DNA of 64,000 nt, from the NCBI GenBank assembly GCA_023244895.1, contig JAHFLL010000001.1, forward strand, positions 681,802 through 745,801, in the 5' to 3' direction. The position numbers were made by a program, and so were the translations under genes. Shown one piece after another: positions 38,357-48,043 of the stretch (position 1 is the first letter of the stretch; every line of letters begins with the position of its first letter). Below the pieces are notes generated by a model. That model made no database searches, had not been told where the DNA came from, and saw nothing but the letters and a program-made list of their open reading frames with translations. Source of the DNA: Candidatus Liptonbacteria bacterium. GTDB taxonomy: Bacteria; Patescibacteriota; Minisyncoccia; UBA6257; 2-01-FULL-56-20.

Positions 38357-39246
38357 GCGACTGGAGTTTCTTCGGGCGAGATCGGAGCGACCGACACTGT
38401 TTCCGCCAGGATTTTCTGAGGCTCAAGATTTATCCAAACACAAACTGCGAAAAGCACCGTAAATAGGATTGGCACGCCGGGCAATCCGACATTTCCCAAA
38501 AAGTTCAAAATAACTCCCAAGGTAACCGCGTGCAAACCGATGCGGTAAGCATAGCCATAGGTCATTTCCACCTTCTTGACTCTAGCGATGAGTAGAACAA
38601 TGAGCGCGCCAAAGAGCAAGAACACCAACTTGGAAAGACTAATGATGTATGCCAAGAATATCAGGATGGCGGTTATGGGTAGAACCACCGGCGTTGCTCG
38701 TTTTACCATTTTGTCAGTTTTATCCGCCAGACCATCCATAAACTGCTTATTGATAACCGTGTTGGGTACATCTTTAAGGGCGGTTACCCTCGTCTCCGCG
38801 CCCTGTTTTACCACCATAGAATCGGAGGTTAGCCAGGCCAGAGTTCTGTATTCCTCCATCTTGCTCAAAGAAAACGGGGTTTTAGTGTCTATGGCAACCA
38901 CATTAGCGAGCTTGCAGAAGTCATCTTCCTTCATCTCGCTTGAAAGATTGCACAGCCCCCGAGGCATCTCCACAAAGTAGGGCTCTTCTACGTTGGTGCT
39001 AGCCCGCCCATCTTGTATTGTAACCGTAAGTTCGGACGGATAGCTGCGCAGGAAAGGCTCCGCCTTTTGCATCAGCGTCTTAACCATGGGCAGAACAAAT
39101 ATTGAAGTGGCCACCGCGGAAACGAAGGCCAATATCAGGACTAAGGAATAAAAATATCTCAGGGAAAACCAGAAGTTTTTGTGTTTTAGCTCGCGATAAA
39201 ACTGCGGAGAGTAGAAACTCTGCTTAAAGACTTGTATAAATTTCAT
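38353..39246 (-). CDS. DUF1189-like membrane protein
   Basis: FKQSFYSPQFY N-terminus, TM segment, extracellular loop, C-terminal TM bundle; extended -10 TGaTATAAT 7 nt upstream. Confidence 0.65.
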   Translation of the reverse strand: MKFIQVFKQSFYSPQFYRELKHKNFWFSLRYFYSLVLILAFVSAVATSIFVLPMVKTLMQKAEPFLRSYPSELTVTIQDGRASTNVEEPYFVEMPRGLCNLSSEMKEDDFCKLANVVAIDTKTPFSLSKMEEYRTLAWLTSDSMVVKQGAETRVTALKDVPNTVINKQFMDGLADKTDKMVKRATPVVLPITAILIFLAYIISLSKLVFLLFGALIVLLIARVKKVEMTYGYAYRIGLHAVTLGVILNFLGNVGLPGVPILFTVLFAVCVWINLEPQKILAETVSVAPISPEETPVA

Positions 39247-39300
39247 GGCTACTATTATATCATGCCCAACCCAACTTCACCCAACCATCTCGTGGCGCGC

Positions 39301-39794
39301 CTAGTAAGGAATAAGCTGCATAAAATTCATAGCCGACCAACCCGCCACAAGCATAATTAATATGCCCCACGCGACAAACTTTATTTTTTCCATTTCCGGC
39401 AATTTGGAGAGTGGAGACAAACCTACCTCCGCGCCTTGCCGCCACTTCAACTTATAGAGCCAATAGATTAGCAGAAAAAATATATAGACATACGGTGCGA
39501 TTATTGCTGCCGCGTCTAAAAAAACAGAAGGCTCGCCCGAGAAAAGAGCCCACGCTCCCTCTCCTATTGATCCCATCAGAACCAAAAAACCGAATCCATC
39601 TTCGATAGTCAAACTGACCACGGAAAATAAAATTAAGGCCAAAATAAAAGAATATAGCACGTGCCTAGAAACAAAACTCCCCGGCTTTACATCTACTCCT
39701 CTTTCCCTAACTTTTTTAACATCCCTCCACAGCCACAGCATAAAAAACGGCATTAAAATCGAGAGGGCCGATATAAACTGCATTATTTGTTTCA
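39301..39794 (-). CDS. Small 4-TM membrane protein (paralog family, copy 1)
   Basis: WRDVKKVRERGVDVKPG...HVLYSFILALI resembles 42661-43170; start uncertain. Confidence 0.6.
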
Positions 39795-39937
39795 TAAACG
39801 TATATGATATTGCTCCAATATTAACTCCCATTATGCGGGACCCCCCAACCAAACCTAAACGCCGGACCGATGACTATTTTCTTGTTTACATGTTTTTGTT
39901 ATTTATTGCTACTTATTTGTTATTCATAGTTCAAGCC

Positions 39938-40861
39938 CTATACCTTCATGCCCTGGAGGGCCCGAACCCTATCCTGAATAGGCGGGTGGGTCAAAAATAG
40001 CTTCGCGAAACCGGAAGTCTGCGCCTTGCCCCGGAATGGGTCGGAAAGCCAGAGGTGGGCAGTAGCGTGCCCCGCCGCGCGCATGGGGGTGGGGTCGCTT
40101 GAGATTTTTAGAAGTGCGCTCGCCAAGCCTTCCGGATAACGGGTAAGGAGCGCGCCCGAGGCATCCGCCAAAAACTCGCGCTTACGGGAGATAGCTAATT
40201 GTAAGAGGGTGGCGGCGATGGGTGCCAAAATCACTGCTACGAGCGCCAAGACCGCGAAAAGATTATTCCCTCCCCGGTCGTCATCCCGACTACGCCCCCC
40301 ACCCCAAAACATTGAGCGACTAAAAAAGTCCGAGAGTAGAGAAACAAAACCCACTAAGACCACCGCCACCGTGCCGATCAACATATCCCGATTACCGATA
40401 TGCGACAGTTCGTGGGCCAGAACCCCTTCCAACTCGGAACGGTCCAATTTAGAGAGAAGCCCCTGCGTTACCGCAACCACCGCGTGTTTGGGGTCACGTC
40501 CAGTCGCGAAAGCGTTAGGTTGCTGTTCCGGTACAAGATAAACCCGGGGCATAGGCAGACCGGAAGTGATGGATAGGTTTTCTACGATGCGATATAGCTC
40601 GGGATAGTTCTGCATAGTAACCGGCGCGGCACGGGTGGAAGCCAATACTATTTTGTCGGAATACCAATAACTAGTGAAGCTCATCAAGACGCTGATAATT
40701 ACCGCGACATACAAGATCCCCGGATTGCCGTAGGCCTTGGAAAAAATCCAACCCAATCCGATAACTACAACCAAAAACACACTCATCAAGAGCCAAGTCT
40801 TCGCGATATTAGAAGATTTGTGGGTGTAGAGTGAGGTCATTAAATTATCAGGCAGACGCAA
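39938..40861 (-). CDS. htpX: Zinc metalloprotease HtpX (M48)
   Basis: PNAFATG, AHELSHI, SRKREFLADA, THPP; true start probably MTSLY near 40840. Confidence 0.93.
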   Translation of the reverse strand: MRLPDNLMTSLYTHKSSNIAKTWLLMSVFLVVVIGLGWIFSKAYGNPGILYVAVIISVLMSFTSYWYSDKIVLASTRAAPVTMQNYPELYRIVENLSITSGLPMPRVYLVPEQQPNAFATGRDPKHAVVAVTQGLLSKLDRSELEGVLAHELSHIGNRDMLIGTVAVVLVGFVSLLSDFFSRSMFWGGGRSRDDDRGGNNLFAVLALVAVILAPIAATLLQLAISRKREFLADASGALLTRYPEGLASALLKISSDPTPMRAAGHATAHLWLSDPFRGKAQTSGFAKLFLTHPPIQDRVRALQGMKV

Positions 40862-40888
40862 AACCGACTTATTATCGCCAAACGGAAG

Positions 40889-41338
40889 CTAGAAAAATAC
40901 ATACCAAGAAAAGAAAAAATATATCGTAGTAACAGCCCAGAATAATATCCCATTGATAGCTGGCAGATTCGCTAGCGGAGGATTCTCTGGACGAACCATC
41001 TTTAGAAGACGAGATCTATATGCATAATGAATCAAGCTAATAATTATAAACCACAACAAGGGGCCAGATACTAAGTTAAATCCGATACCCAAATCACGGG
41101 CCACTTCAGGTCTAAAACCGATAAAAAGATACACTAACCGATACGCTAAATAAGTAGTTAAATTGCCCAAAAAATTTGAAATATTAGTTCCAATAATAAA
41201 AAATGCGATTGGGATAATGTTGGGATAAGTTTCGACGTTCATCGTCCTTATTTTAATCAGGTCTGAACGCTGCCAAATAACAAAAATGTAATATACGACG
41301 ACGAGGCACACCCAAACTGCGGCATAAATACTTACCAT
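40889..41338 (-). CDS. Small 4-TM membrane protein (paralog family, copy 2, more divergent)
   Basis: WQRSDLIKIR...P and PPLANLP..NGILFW resemble the other two copies. Confidence 0.6.
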   Translation of the reverse strand: MVSIYAAVWVCLVVVYYIFVIWQRSDLIKIRTMNVETYPNIIPIAFFIIGTNISNFLGNLTTYLAYRLVYLFIGFRPEVARDLGIGFNLVSGPLLWFIIISLIHYAYRSRLLKMVRPENPPLANLPAINGILFWAVTTIYFFFSWYVFF

Positions 41339-41342
41339 AAAT

Positions 41343-42683
41343 TTAAATATTGGTTGATTGTTTCTTAAATAGCCGGAAGACCATAAAACCCATCCCCAAG
41401 ACGACCAATACGAGGACCGTGGTCAGAAGCCAAGAGTAGCGCTCGCTAAATGGCCTCTCCAGCCCGGTGGGATATTTATATTGCTCGTTATCATGCTTGT
41501 TTCCCAGACTGAACTTCACCCTTGCGGAAGCGTCAAAATATTGCAAATAATTGTTTAGGTCATACTGCGCGTAGCGGGCGCCGGGATTGCCGTAGTAGAG
41601 CTTATAACTCTTCCCAACTTCATACGGGAAAATAGCCTTGCGCACCGTGCCATAAAGCGTGCCCTTCTCTATTTGAATGGGTTGATTGTCGCGGTTAAAG
41701 ATGGTCAATTTCAGAAAACGATAGTTCTGGTCCGGAAAACGCAATTCCAGCTTGTTGCCGGTAAACTTGGGCGTGCTATAGGAGAAGATAACGTCCCGAT
41801 TGGTAATTATGCTCCAAGCCGTGCCATCGTTCGTCCCCTCCAGCGCCACCTCCCTATTGAAATTAGTGCTGGGCGTCTCTAAAACCAAACGATTTGTCGG
41901 CAAGCCCTTAACTCCCATATCAAGAAGTATAGAGTTGGCCTGCCTGTCTTTTACTTCCGTCCGCTCCACAATCGGAACTTCATAAGAAACCTCTTTGCCG
42001 GCGCCATATGATTCGCGCGAGATGGTCGCGGAAACAATTCCGAGCGGAGCTTCGCCCTTGTCCGAAATCGTAATTCTCAAATAACGGTAAGTGGAGTCGG
42101 TATAAGACAAAGATGTATCGCGCGCCTTAAATTCCAAGGTGTAGTCGTAAATTGAACCGTTCGCAAGCGTAAACCAATTCGCCATATCCGAGCTGCCTTC
42201 CACCTGCATCTCTCGCCGGAAATTAGTGGAGGTAACGCTAAGCTCCACTCGGTTATGAATGAACCCTTCTGCCGCTAAATCTAGAACCAAAAAGGTGCTT
42301 CCTGCCTGGACGCCCTTGTTTAGAATTCTCGCGGAATGAGTCTCACGGGCGAAGGAGGGCGCCTCTACGTCCATCACATACGGTATTTCCCTCTCCCCCG
42401 ACATGATGCGCACATCACTCAAGTCCGACTTGGAACCGGAAAGGACCTCTCCGTCAAAAACAACCTCTCCAAAATCGCCCGATCCGCCACTCGCGGGCAT
42501 AAGTTCCTTTTCATACTTCCAGCCCGCCGAATCAAAATCTGCCAGGGCTGACGAACACGAAAACAAAAGAATCAGTCCTGCAAACAATATATTCCTAGTC
42601 GAACTCCCTGCCCAGTTTTTAAAATATTTCATTTTGTTGATTTTACAAATATTTATTAATTTACAATAGACCGAAAGTAACAA
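41343..42683 (-). CDS. DUF3999-like exported protein with C-terminal TM anchor
   Basis: SDLSDVRI..EIPY, LYYGNP..A.YDL, C-terminal TM; true start probably near 42630. Confidence 0.65.
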   Translation of the reverse strand: MLLSVYCKLINICKINKMKYFKNWAGSSTRNILFAGLILLFSCSSALADFDSAGWKYEKELMPASGGSGDFGEVVFDGEVLSGSKSDLSDVRIMSGEREIPYVMDVEAPSFARETHSARILNKGVQAGSTFLVLDLAAEGFIHNRVELSVTSTNFRREMQVEGSSDMANWFTLANGSIYDYTLEFKARDTSLSYTDSTYRYLRITISDKGEAPLGIVSATISRESYGAGKEVSYEVPIVERTEVKDRQANSILLDMGVKGLPTNRLVLETPSTNFNREVALEGTNDGTAWSIITNRDVIFSYSTPKFTGNKLELRFPDQNYRFLKLTIFNRDNQPIQIEKGTLYGTVRKAIFPYEVGKSYKLYYGNPGARYAQYDLNNYLQYFDASARVKFSLGNKHDNEQYKYPTGLERPFSERYSWLLTTVLVLVVLGMGFMVFRLFKKQSTNI

Positions 42684-43170
42684 CTATGGTGTAAATCCAT
42701 GACTTAAAATACGGGATGCCCGGAATGAGCAACATGGCCAGGCCAATAAAGAAAAGAATGTTGTCCGACGGGGGGACAACTGGAAGAGGGAGATTATTAG
42801 ACAAAGGTTCTTTCTTTAGCCTAGCTCGCGAGGAAAGATGGATGATCAGGAAAAAAAACAAGATAAGCGGCATAGCGGCCATGGAATAATTAAGCACGCC
42901 TGATAGATAATCAATACCGTGATAACCCACTACCATAGTTAATAAGTTGAATCCTTCTCCTGAATATATAATGACTGATAATTTGGCTATTAGGCCCAAT
43001 AGAAAAGAATAGATTATGTGCTTAAGCATAAGCTCCCCAGGCCTTATATCTATCCCCTGCAGCCTAAGTCTTTTAAGCTCATCCCATTCTCTCCGCACAT
43101 AACATACAAGAAGGACATACAATATTAGGCGAATAAATGCGGAAAACCAAAGTATATATACCCACGCCAT
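42661..43170 (-). CDS. Small 4-TM membrane protein (paralog family, copy 3)
   Basis: WDELKRLRLQGIDIRPG...HIIYSFLLGLI. Confidence 0.6.
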   Translation of the reverse strand: MAWVYILWFSAFIRLILYVLLVCYVRREWDELKRLRLQGIDIRPGELMLKHIIYSFLLGLIAKLSVIIYSGEGFNLLTMVVGYHGIDYLSGVLNYSMAAMPLILFFFLIIHLSSRARLKKEPLSNNLPLPVVPPSDNILFFIGLAMLLIPGIPYFKSWIYTIVVTFGLL

Positions 43171-43185
43171 GTTTTTTAAATTATA

Positions 43186-45198
43186 CTACAACACCAGTTC
43201 TTTTATTTTTTCCCGGAAGCGATAGTACAGGAAAGAAATCAAAAGCAATATTACGCCCAGACCAATAAAGGAGATGATGCGGTATAAATCCGACAGGGCC
43301 TGCATGTCGTACAGGAACACCTTCAGTATCACCACCAGTAGACCGACTATTCCCAAGATTCGGACAGAACGTATTCTCTTCGCGAACCCCACCAACATCA
43401 GAAACCCGGAATAAAGCCCCCAGATTACCGAAAGAGCTAAGTTCTGTTGATTATGGATGGAATCTATCTGCCGCCAGGTATCTTCCCTGCCAGTGGGGGC
43501 AAAGATGGACGGCTGACGACTAGCTTGGTCCAGCTCATATACCTTCTTATCAAAGATTTGGCTGACCTCCATGCTTAAAGCGAAAACTCCCAAAAGATTA
43601 GCTACCACGCCCATTATCACGGGCATACTACGCTCTCCTTCCTCCAGCTCTTCCCCAGCGCGCGCCAAAAGCCAAGTCGCGCCGAACATCATTAGGATCG
43701 CAAACAAGAAGGTCATGAAACGCTGATTGAAGAATGCCACAGAGTCCCCTATCGCAACCCCGGAGTCCAAATCAAATGCGAATAAACGGATAATGATAAG
43801 AACAAAAACTATATAAGCGAAGGCTCGGATGTTTTGAGACTTAAGAGACAGCCCCGTCCAAATTAGAACCATGGCCTCCGCCGCCCAGGCGATCGTTATC
43901 CAATTAGAACTAAGCTGAATCGGAATCGCCGCGGTCGCAAGCACTAAGCCCACTCCGCCCAAGCCCAAGATACCGACCCTATCTTCTTCGTTGACCACCG
44001 AGAGGACATACGCGCCCAAAATGTAGGCTGCCGCCCAGCCCGCGAAGAAAAAGCCCAGATAGGCGTCAAAATCTGGCTTAAGTAATATGTAGCTGGTTAC
44101 AAAATACGCTCCCGCGTTTATTACCGCCGCGAGAATGTCTTCGTTCTCGGATTTAATCTTGCGGGCCAAGCTCATGACAAACGGACCAATCAGGAATATC
44201 AGGAAATAAATCGTCAACACGAACATAGATGGTCCGAGAAGTGCCTTCTCATAGAACTGAGCCATCCAGGAATAAAAAACAATATAGGTTCCCAAGAAAC
44301 TCAGAAGATAGACCTTGTGCCACTTTTTGAAATAGCTAATCACCAAATAAGTTAGGTCCAATATGGCCAAATAGGTAAAGAGCGCGGGATAGTTGTTCTC
44401 CCCCGAAGACGCGAGGAATGGGGTTAGAAACCCGCCCAGAAGAGACAACGTGGAAAGCCAGACACTATCTTGTTTAATGGCGAGGACTGCGCCTATCAAG
44501 GTCACAATTACCATAAAAACAAACGCTGGAGCCTGAGAAATCAGATGATAGTAGTTAAAGGCGCTGTAAATTGAAAGATATAGTACTGCTAAACCGCCTC
44601 CACTCAAAAAGAAGGAGTATTGCCTGTATCTCTCTCTGCGGGATAAAAAGTCTCCCAGGGCGAGCAGTACCACTCCGCCTAAGAAGCCCAGAATCACCCG
44701 GCCAGTTTCTCCGATGAGATTATTATCAAAAGCGTATTTCAAGAGGAAGGCGACGCCAAAAATAATCGCCAAAATACCCAAGGCCGCAAACCACTTGCCA
44801 GTAATCTTGCTTTCCAATTTTTCCGGTTCCTGGAACTTCTCTGGGCTGATTTCGGAATATGCAGGCGAAAATTTTTCTGCCGTCACAGGTTCAAAGACAT
44901 TGCCCTCCACATAGGTCGTGGCATTTTCCGGCATCTTACTACTGACTCCCAGCTTAGCCTCCAGGCTGCCTAGGCGATTTTCAAGATATTTTAACTGGCT
45001 TTTAATGGATGCTGCTTCCTGGCGTAAATCGGAAGAGGTTCCGGAGGCGGAGACGGAGGCTGTCCCTAAGGAGCTGAGCGCCAGTTGTATGTCTGCCTCT
45101 TTCCAGCCCGCGCTACGCAACTTGTCCGTAATCAAACTAAGCGCTATCCCCTTCTGGAGCTGTTCGCTAATATATTTGACGATATCCGGATTCGCCAT
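43186..45198 (-). CDS. DUF2339-family multi-pass membrane protein
   Basis: LESKITGKWFAALG...FLLKYAFDNNLIGETGRV, C-terminal KVFLYDM..L...RIISFIGLG. Confidence 0.8.
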   Translation of the reverse strand: MANPDIVKYISEQLQKGIALSLITDKLRSAGWKEADIQLALSSLGTASVSASGTSSDLRQEAASIKSQLKYLENRLGSLEAKLGVSSKMPENATTYVEGNVFEPVTAEKFSPAYSEISPEKFQEPEKLESKITGKWFAALGILAIIFGVAFLLKYAFDNNLIGETGRVILGFLGGVVLLALGDFLSRRERYRQYSFFLSGGGLAVLYLSIYSAFNYYHLISQAPAFVFMVIVTLIGAVLAIKQDSVWLSTLSLLGGFLTPFLASSGENNYPALFTYLAILDLTYLVISYFKKWHKVYLLSFLGTYIVFYSWMAQFYEKALLGPSMFVLTIYFLIFLIGPFVMSLARKIKSENEDILAAVINAGAYFVTSYILLKPDFDAYLGFFFAGWAAAYILGAYVLSVVNEEDRVGILGLGGVGLVLATAAIPIQLSSNWITIAWAAEAMVLIWTGLSLKSQNIRAFAYIVFVLIIIRLFAFDLDSGVAIGDSVAFFNQRFMTFLFAILMMFGATWLLARAGEELEEGERSMPVIMGVVANLLGVFALSMEVSQIFDKKVYELDQASRQPSIFAPTGREDTWRQIDSIHNQQNLALSVIWGLYSGFLMLVGFAKRIRSVRILGIVGLLVVILKVFLYDMQALSDLYRIISFIGLGVILLLISFLYYRFREKIKELVL

Positions 45199-45255
45199 AT
45201 TTATTGTTTTATTTTTTAGTTCCTAAGTCCTAAATTCTAAGTTCTAATAACTAAC

Positions 45256-45801
45256 CTAGAAGCTCACCTTCACCGGCTCTTTCTCCGCCGCGGAACTTAC
45301 TTCAAAAAACTTTTCCTCGTGGAAGCCGAACATGCCCGCCAAAAGATTGGTCGGGAATTTCATAACGGCGGTGTTGAGGTCGTTCACGGTGGAATTATAG
45401 AAGCGACGGGAAGCCATCATCTTATTCTCGGTATCAGATAATTCTCTCTGGAGCTCTAAAAAATTAACGTTGGCTTTCAGGTCGGGATAGTTCTCCGCTA
45501 CCGCGAAAAGAGATTTAAGCGTGCCGGACAAAGCGTCTTCCGACTTGGCCCGGTCTAGAGCGGAACCTCCGCTCATCGCCGCCGTTCTGGCCGCAGTCAC
45601 ATTTTCCAGCAGTCCCTTCTCGTGCGCGGCATAGCCTTTTACGGTTTCTACCAGATTGGGAATGAGGTCGTATCTGCGCTTGGACTGGACATCAATATCG
45701 GAAAGCGCCTCCTTGGCCCGATTTTTCAAGGTTACCAGCCGATTGTACATGGTAGCGACCAAGAGAACCAAAACTACGAGGACTATTAATGTATATATCA
45801 T
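45256..45801 (-). CDS. lemA: LemA family protein
   Basis: IDVQSKRRYDLIPNLVETVKGYAAHE, AVAENYPDLKAN. Confidence 0.93.
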   Translation of the reverse strand: MIYTLIVLVVLVLLVATMYNRLVTLKNRAKEALSDIDVQSKRRYDLIPNLVETVKGYAAHEKGLLENVTAARTAAMSGGSALDRAKSEDALSGTLKSLFAVAENYPDLKANVNFLELQRELSDTENKMMASRRFYNSTVNDLNTAVMKFPTNLLAGMFGFHEEKFFEVSSAAEKEPVKVSF

Positions 45802-45830
45802 ATAGAGAGATTATCATATTTTTGACCTCC

Positions 45831-45866
45831 AATCAAAAACCCCGCCGTCCGGCGGGGTTTTTGATT
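45831..45866 (-). terminator. groEL intrinsic terminator
   Basis: AATCAAAAACCCCGCC-gtcc-GGCGGGGTTTTTGATT. Confidence 0.88.
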
Positions 45867-45926
45867 TATTCACTCTCCTTTTATTTCCTAACTTCTAAAT
45901 TCTATCTTCTAGCTACTAACTTCTTC

Positions 45927-47567
45927 TTAATAATCCATCCCTCCCATGCCCGGCATGCCGCCCGCCATTGGATTTTCTTTCTTCTCCGGAATATTGGTTA
46001 TGGCCGCGCCGATCGTGAGATACGTGCTCGCGACCGAGACAGCGTTCAGGAAGGCGGTCTTGGTCACCTTGAGTGGGTCAATGATTCCCGCTTCCTTGAG
46101 GTCGCCAATATCGTTTATGACGGCATTAAAACCCCGCCAAGATTCATTCTCCTTGCGATCTTTAAGCTTGCGCGCGATTGTGTCCGGCGACTCACCGCTG
46201 TTCGCTACGATCGCCCGCAGAGGCGCCTCCGCCGCGGTTAAAAGAATATGGTAGGCGGTTTTCGCCACCTCGTCCTTACCTTCCCCCGCGAGACCAGAGG
46301 CGACATTGAAGAGCGCGATACCTCCGCCCGGGACTATGCCCTCTTCCATCGCCGCGCGTGTCGCGGCTACTGCGTCTTCTACTCTCTGTTTTAATTCTTT
46401 CTGAGCGGTTTCGGTTGGGGCGCCAACTTTAATAACAGCCACTCCGCCCGACAACTTACCCAAGCGCTCCTGCAACTTTTCTTTGTCGTAATCGGAATCG
46501 GTTTTCTTAATTTGCGCCTTGAGCTGGGCAACCCGCTCTTCAATCATTTTCTTGTCGCCCTTACCGGCCACAATCACGGTATTGTCCTTATTGGAGACAA
46601 CCTTGTTGGCATGGCCCAAATCTTCCAAAGTCACGCCATCCAACTTCTTGCCCAAATCTTCCGAAACATAAGTCGCGCCGGTCACAATCGCCACATCCTG
46701 CAACATCTCCTTGCGCCTGTCGCCGAAGCCCGGCGCCTTGACCGCCAGGACGTTAAAGATACCGCGCAGCTTGTTCACGATAAGCGTGGCCAAGGCCTCG
46801 CCCTCAATTTCGTCCGCGATAATAACCAACTCCTTCTTGCCGCTCTGGACTATTTTTTCCAGTAATGGCAATAAGTCATTAATGGAAGAAATTTTGCGGT
46901 CGGTTACCAAAATGTATGGGTCCTCCAGGGCCGCCTCCATCCTTTCCTGGTTGGTAACCATATATTGAGAAACATAACCGCGGTCAAACTGCATACCCTC
47001 TACCATCTCGTAGGAATTACCGATGGTGTTGGAGTCCTCAATCGTGACTACGCCCTCTTTACCGATTTTACCCATCACCTCCGCGATCAAGGTCCCGATT
47101 TCGGAGTCCTTGGCAGACAAAGTCGCCACTTCTTGCACTTTTTTATTGTCGTTAATAAGCTCTTTTTGCTTTTCTAGTCCCTCTATCACCTTCGCTACTC
47201 CTTTCTTCAATTCCTCCGAAAGATGGATAACGTTAAAACCCTTCTCGCGAATGGCTTTCTCGCCTTCATCTATCATAACGTGGGTTAAAACTACGGAAGT
47301 GGTTGTGCCATCCCCTACGTTGTCGTTGGTTTTGTCCGCGGCCTGCTTAATAAATTCCGCGCCTAAATTTTCGTACTTATCTTCAAAGCTAATTTCTTTC
47401 GCTACGGTCACACCGTCAAAAGTTACCTGGGGCGCGCCATAGCCTTTTTCTATTACCGCCGCCCGGCCTCGGGGCCCGAGCGTCATGCGGACCGCGTCCG
47501 CCAACTTATCCATACCCTTCTTCATCGCCGCGCGAGCGTTCTCGCTGAATAAAATTTGTTTGGCCAT
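45927..47567 (-). CDS. groL: Chaperonin GroEL
   Basis: TLGPRGR, GDGTTTS, GMQFDRGY, GGMPGMGGM tail. Confidence 0.97.
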   Translation of the reverse strand: MAKQILFSENARAAMKKGMDKLADAVRMTLGPRGRAAVIEKGYGAPQVTFDGVTVAKEISFEDKYENLGAEFIKQAADKTNDNVGDGTTTSVVLTHVMIDEGEKAIREKGFNVIHLSEELKKGVAKVIEGLEKQKELINDNKKVQEVATLSAKDSEIGTLIAEVMGKIGKEGVVTIEDSNTIGNSYEMVEGMQFDRGYVSQYMVTNQERMEAALEDPYILVTDRKISSINDLLPLLEKIVQSGKKELVIIADEIEGEALATLIVNKLRGIFNVLAVKAPGFGDRRKEMLQDVAIVTGATYVSEDLGKKLDGVTLEDLGHANKVVSNKDNTVIVAGKGDKKMIEERVAQLKAQIKKTDSDYDKEKLQERLGKLSGGVAVIKVGAPTETAQKELKQRVEDAVAATRAAMEEGIVPGGGIALFNVASGLAGEGKDEVAKTAYHILLTAAEAPLRAIVANSGESPDTIARKLKDRKENESWRGFNAVINDIGDLKEAGIIDPLKVTKTAFLNAVSVASTYLTIGAAITNIPEKKENPMAGGMPGMGGMDY

Positions 47568-47584
47568 GTTTTTTTGTTTTTTTT

Positions 47585-47675
47585 GCAATCCGAATCTACA
47601 AATTCACACGAATGCCCCAAATTATAAATTTATTTATTCGGATAATTCGGATGTGATTCGTAATATTCGGGTCGC
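47585..47675. repeat. Inverted ATTCGG/CCGAAT repeat element between groES and groEL
   Basis: atccgaatctacaaat..acgaatgccccaaat ... attcggataattcggatgtgattcgtaatattcggg. Confidence 0.7.
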
Positions 47676-47966
47676 TTATTGAATTATTGCCAACACGTCT
47701 TCTTCCTCTCCGACCAAATATTTTTTGCCTTCTATCTCTATTTCATCCGGACCATATTTCTTAAAAAGAACCGTGTCTCCAACTTTGACCGACATGGGGA
47801 TAATTTCGCCCTTCTCGTTCCGCTTGCCCTCGCCTATGGCTAGAACCTTTCCGCGGGTCGGTCTTTCCTTGCTGGCGGTCTCGGGCAGTACGATGCCGGA
47901 CTTAGTGACCTTTTCGTCTTCCAGGGGCTCCAGGAAGATGTGGTTTGATAATGGTTTAAAATTCAT
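47676..47966 (-). CDS. groS: Co-chaperonin GroES
   Basis: FKPLSNHI, TKSGIVLP, VKVGDTVLF. Confidence 0.96.
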   Translation of the reverse strand: MNFKPLSNHIFLEPLEDEKVTKSGIVLPETASKERPTRGKVLAIGEGKRNEKGEIIPMSVKVGDTVLFKKYGPDEIEIEGKKYLVGEEEDVLAIIQ

Positions 47967-47976
47967 TTTTTTATTA

Positions 47977-48003
47977 TTAGCAGTCTACCTCGACGATTGC
48001 TAA
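47977..48003 (-). promoter_or_regulatory. CIRCE operator (HrcA) of groESL
   Basis: TTAGCAGTC-N9-GATTGCTAA; promoter TTGACG-N17-TAAATT overlapping upstream. Confidence 0.85.
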
Positions 48004-48043
48004 TTTATACGAAATGCTGGGTTTCGTCAATCCTTCGACCAAC

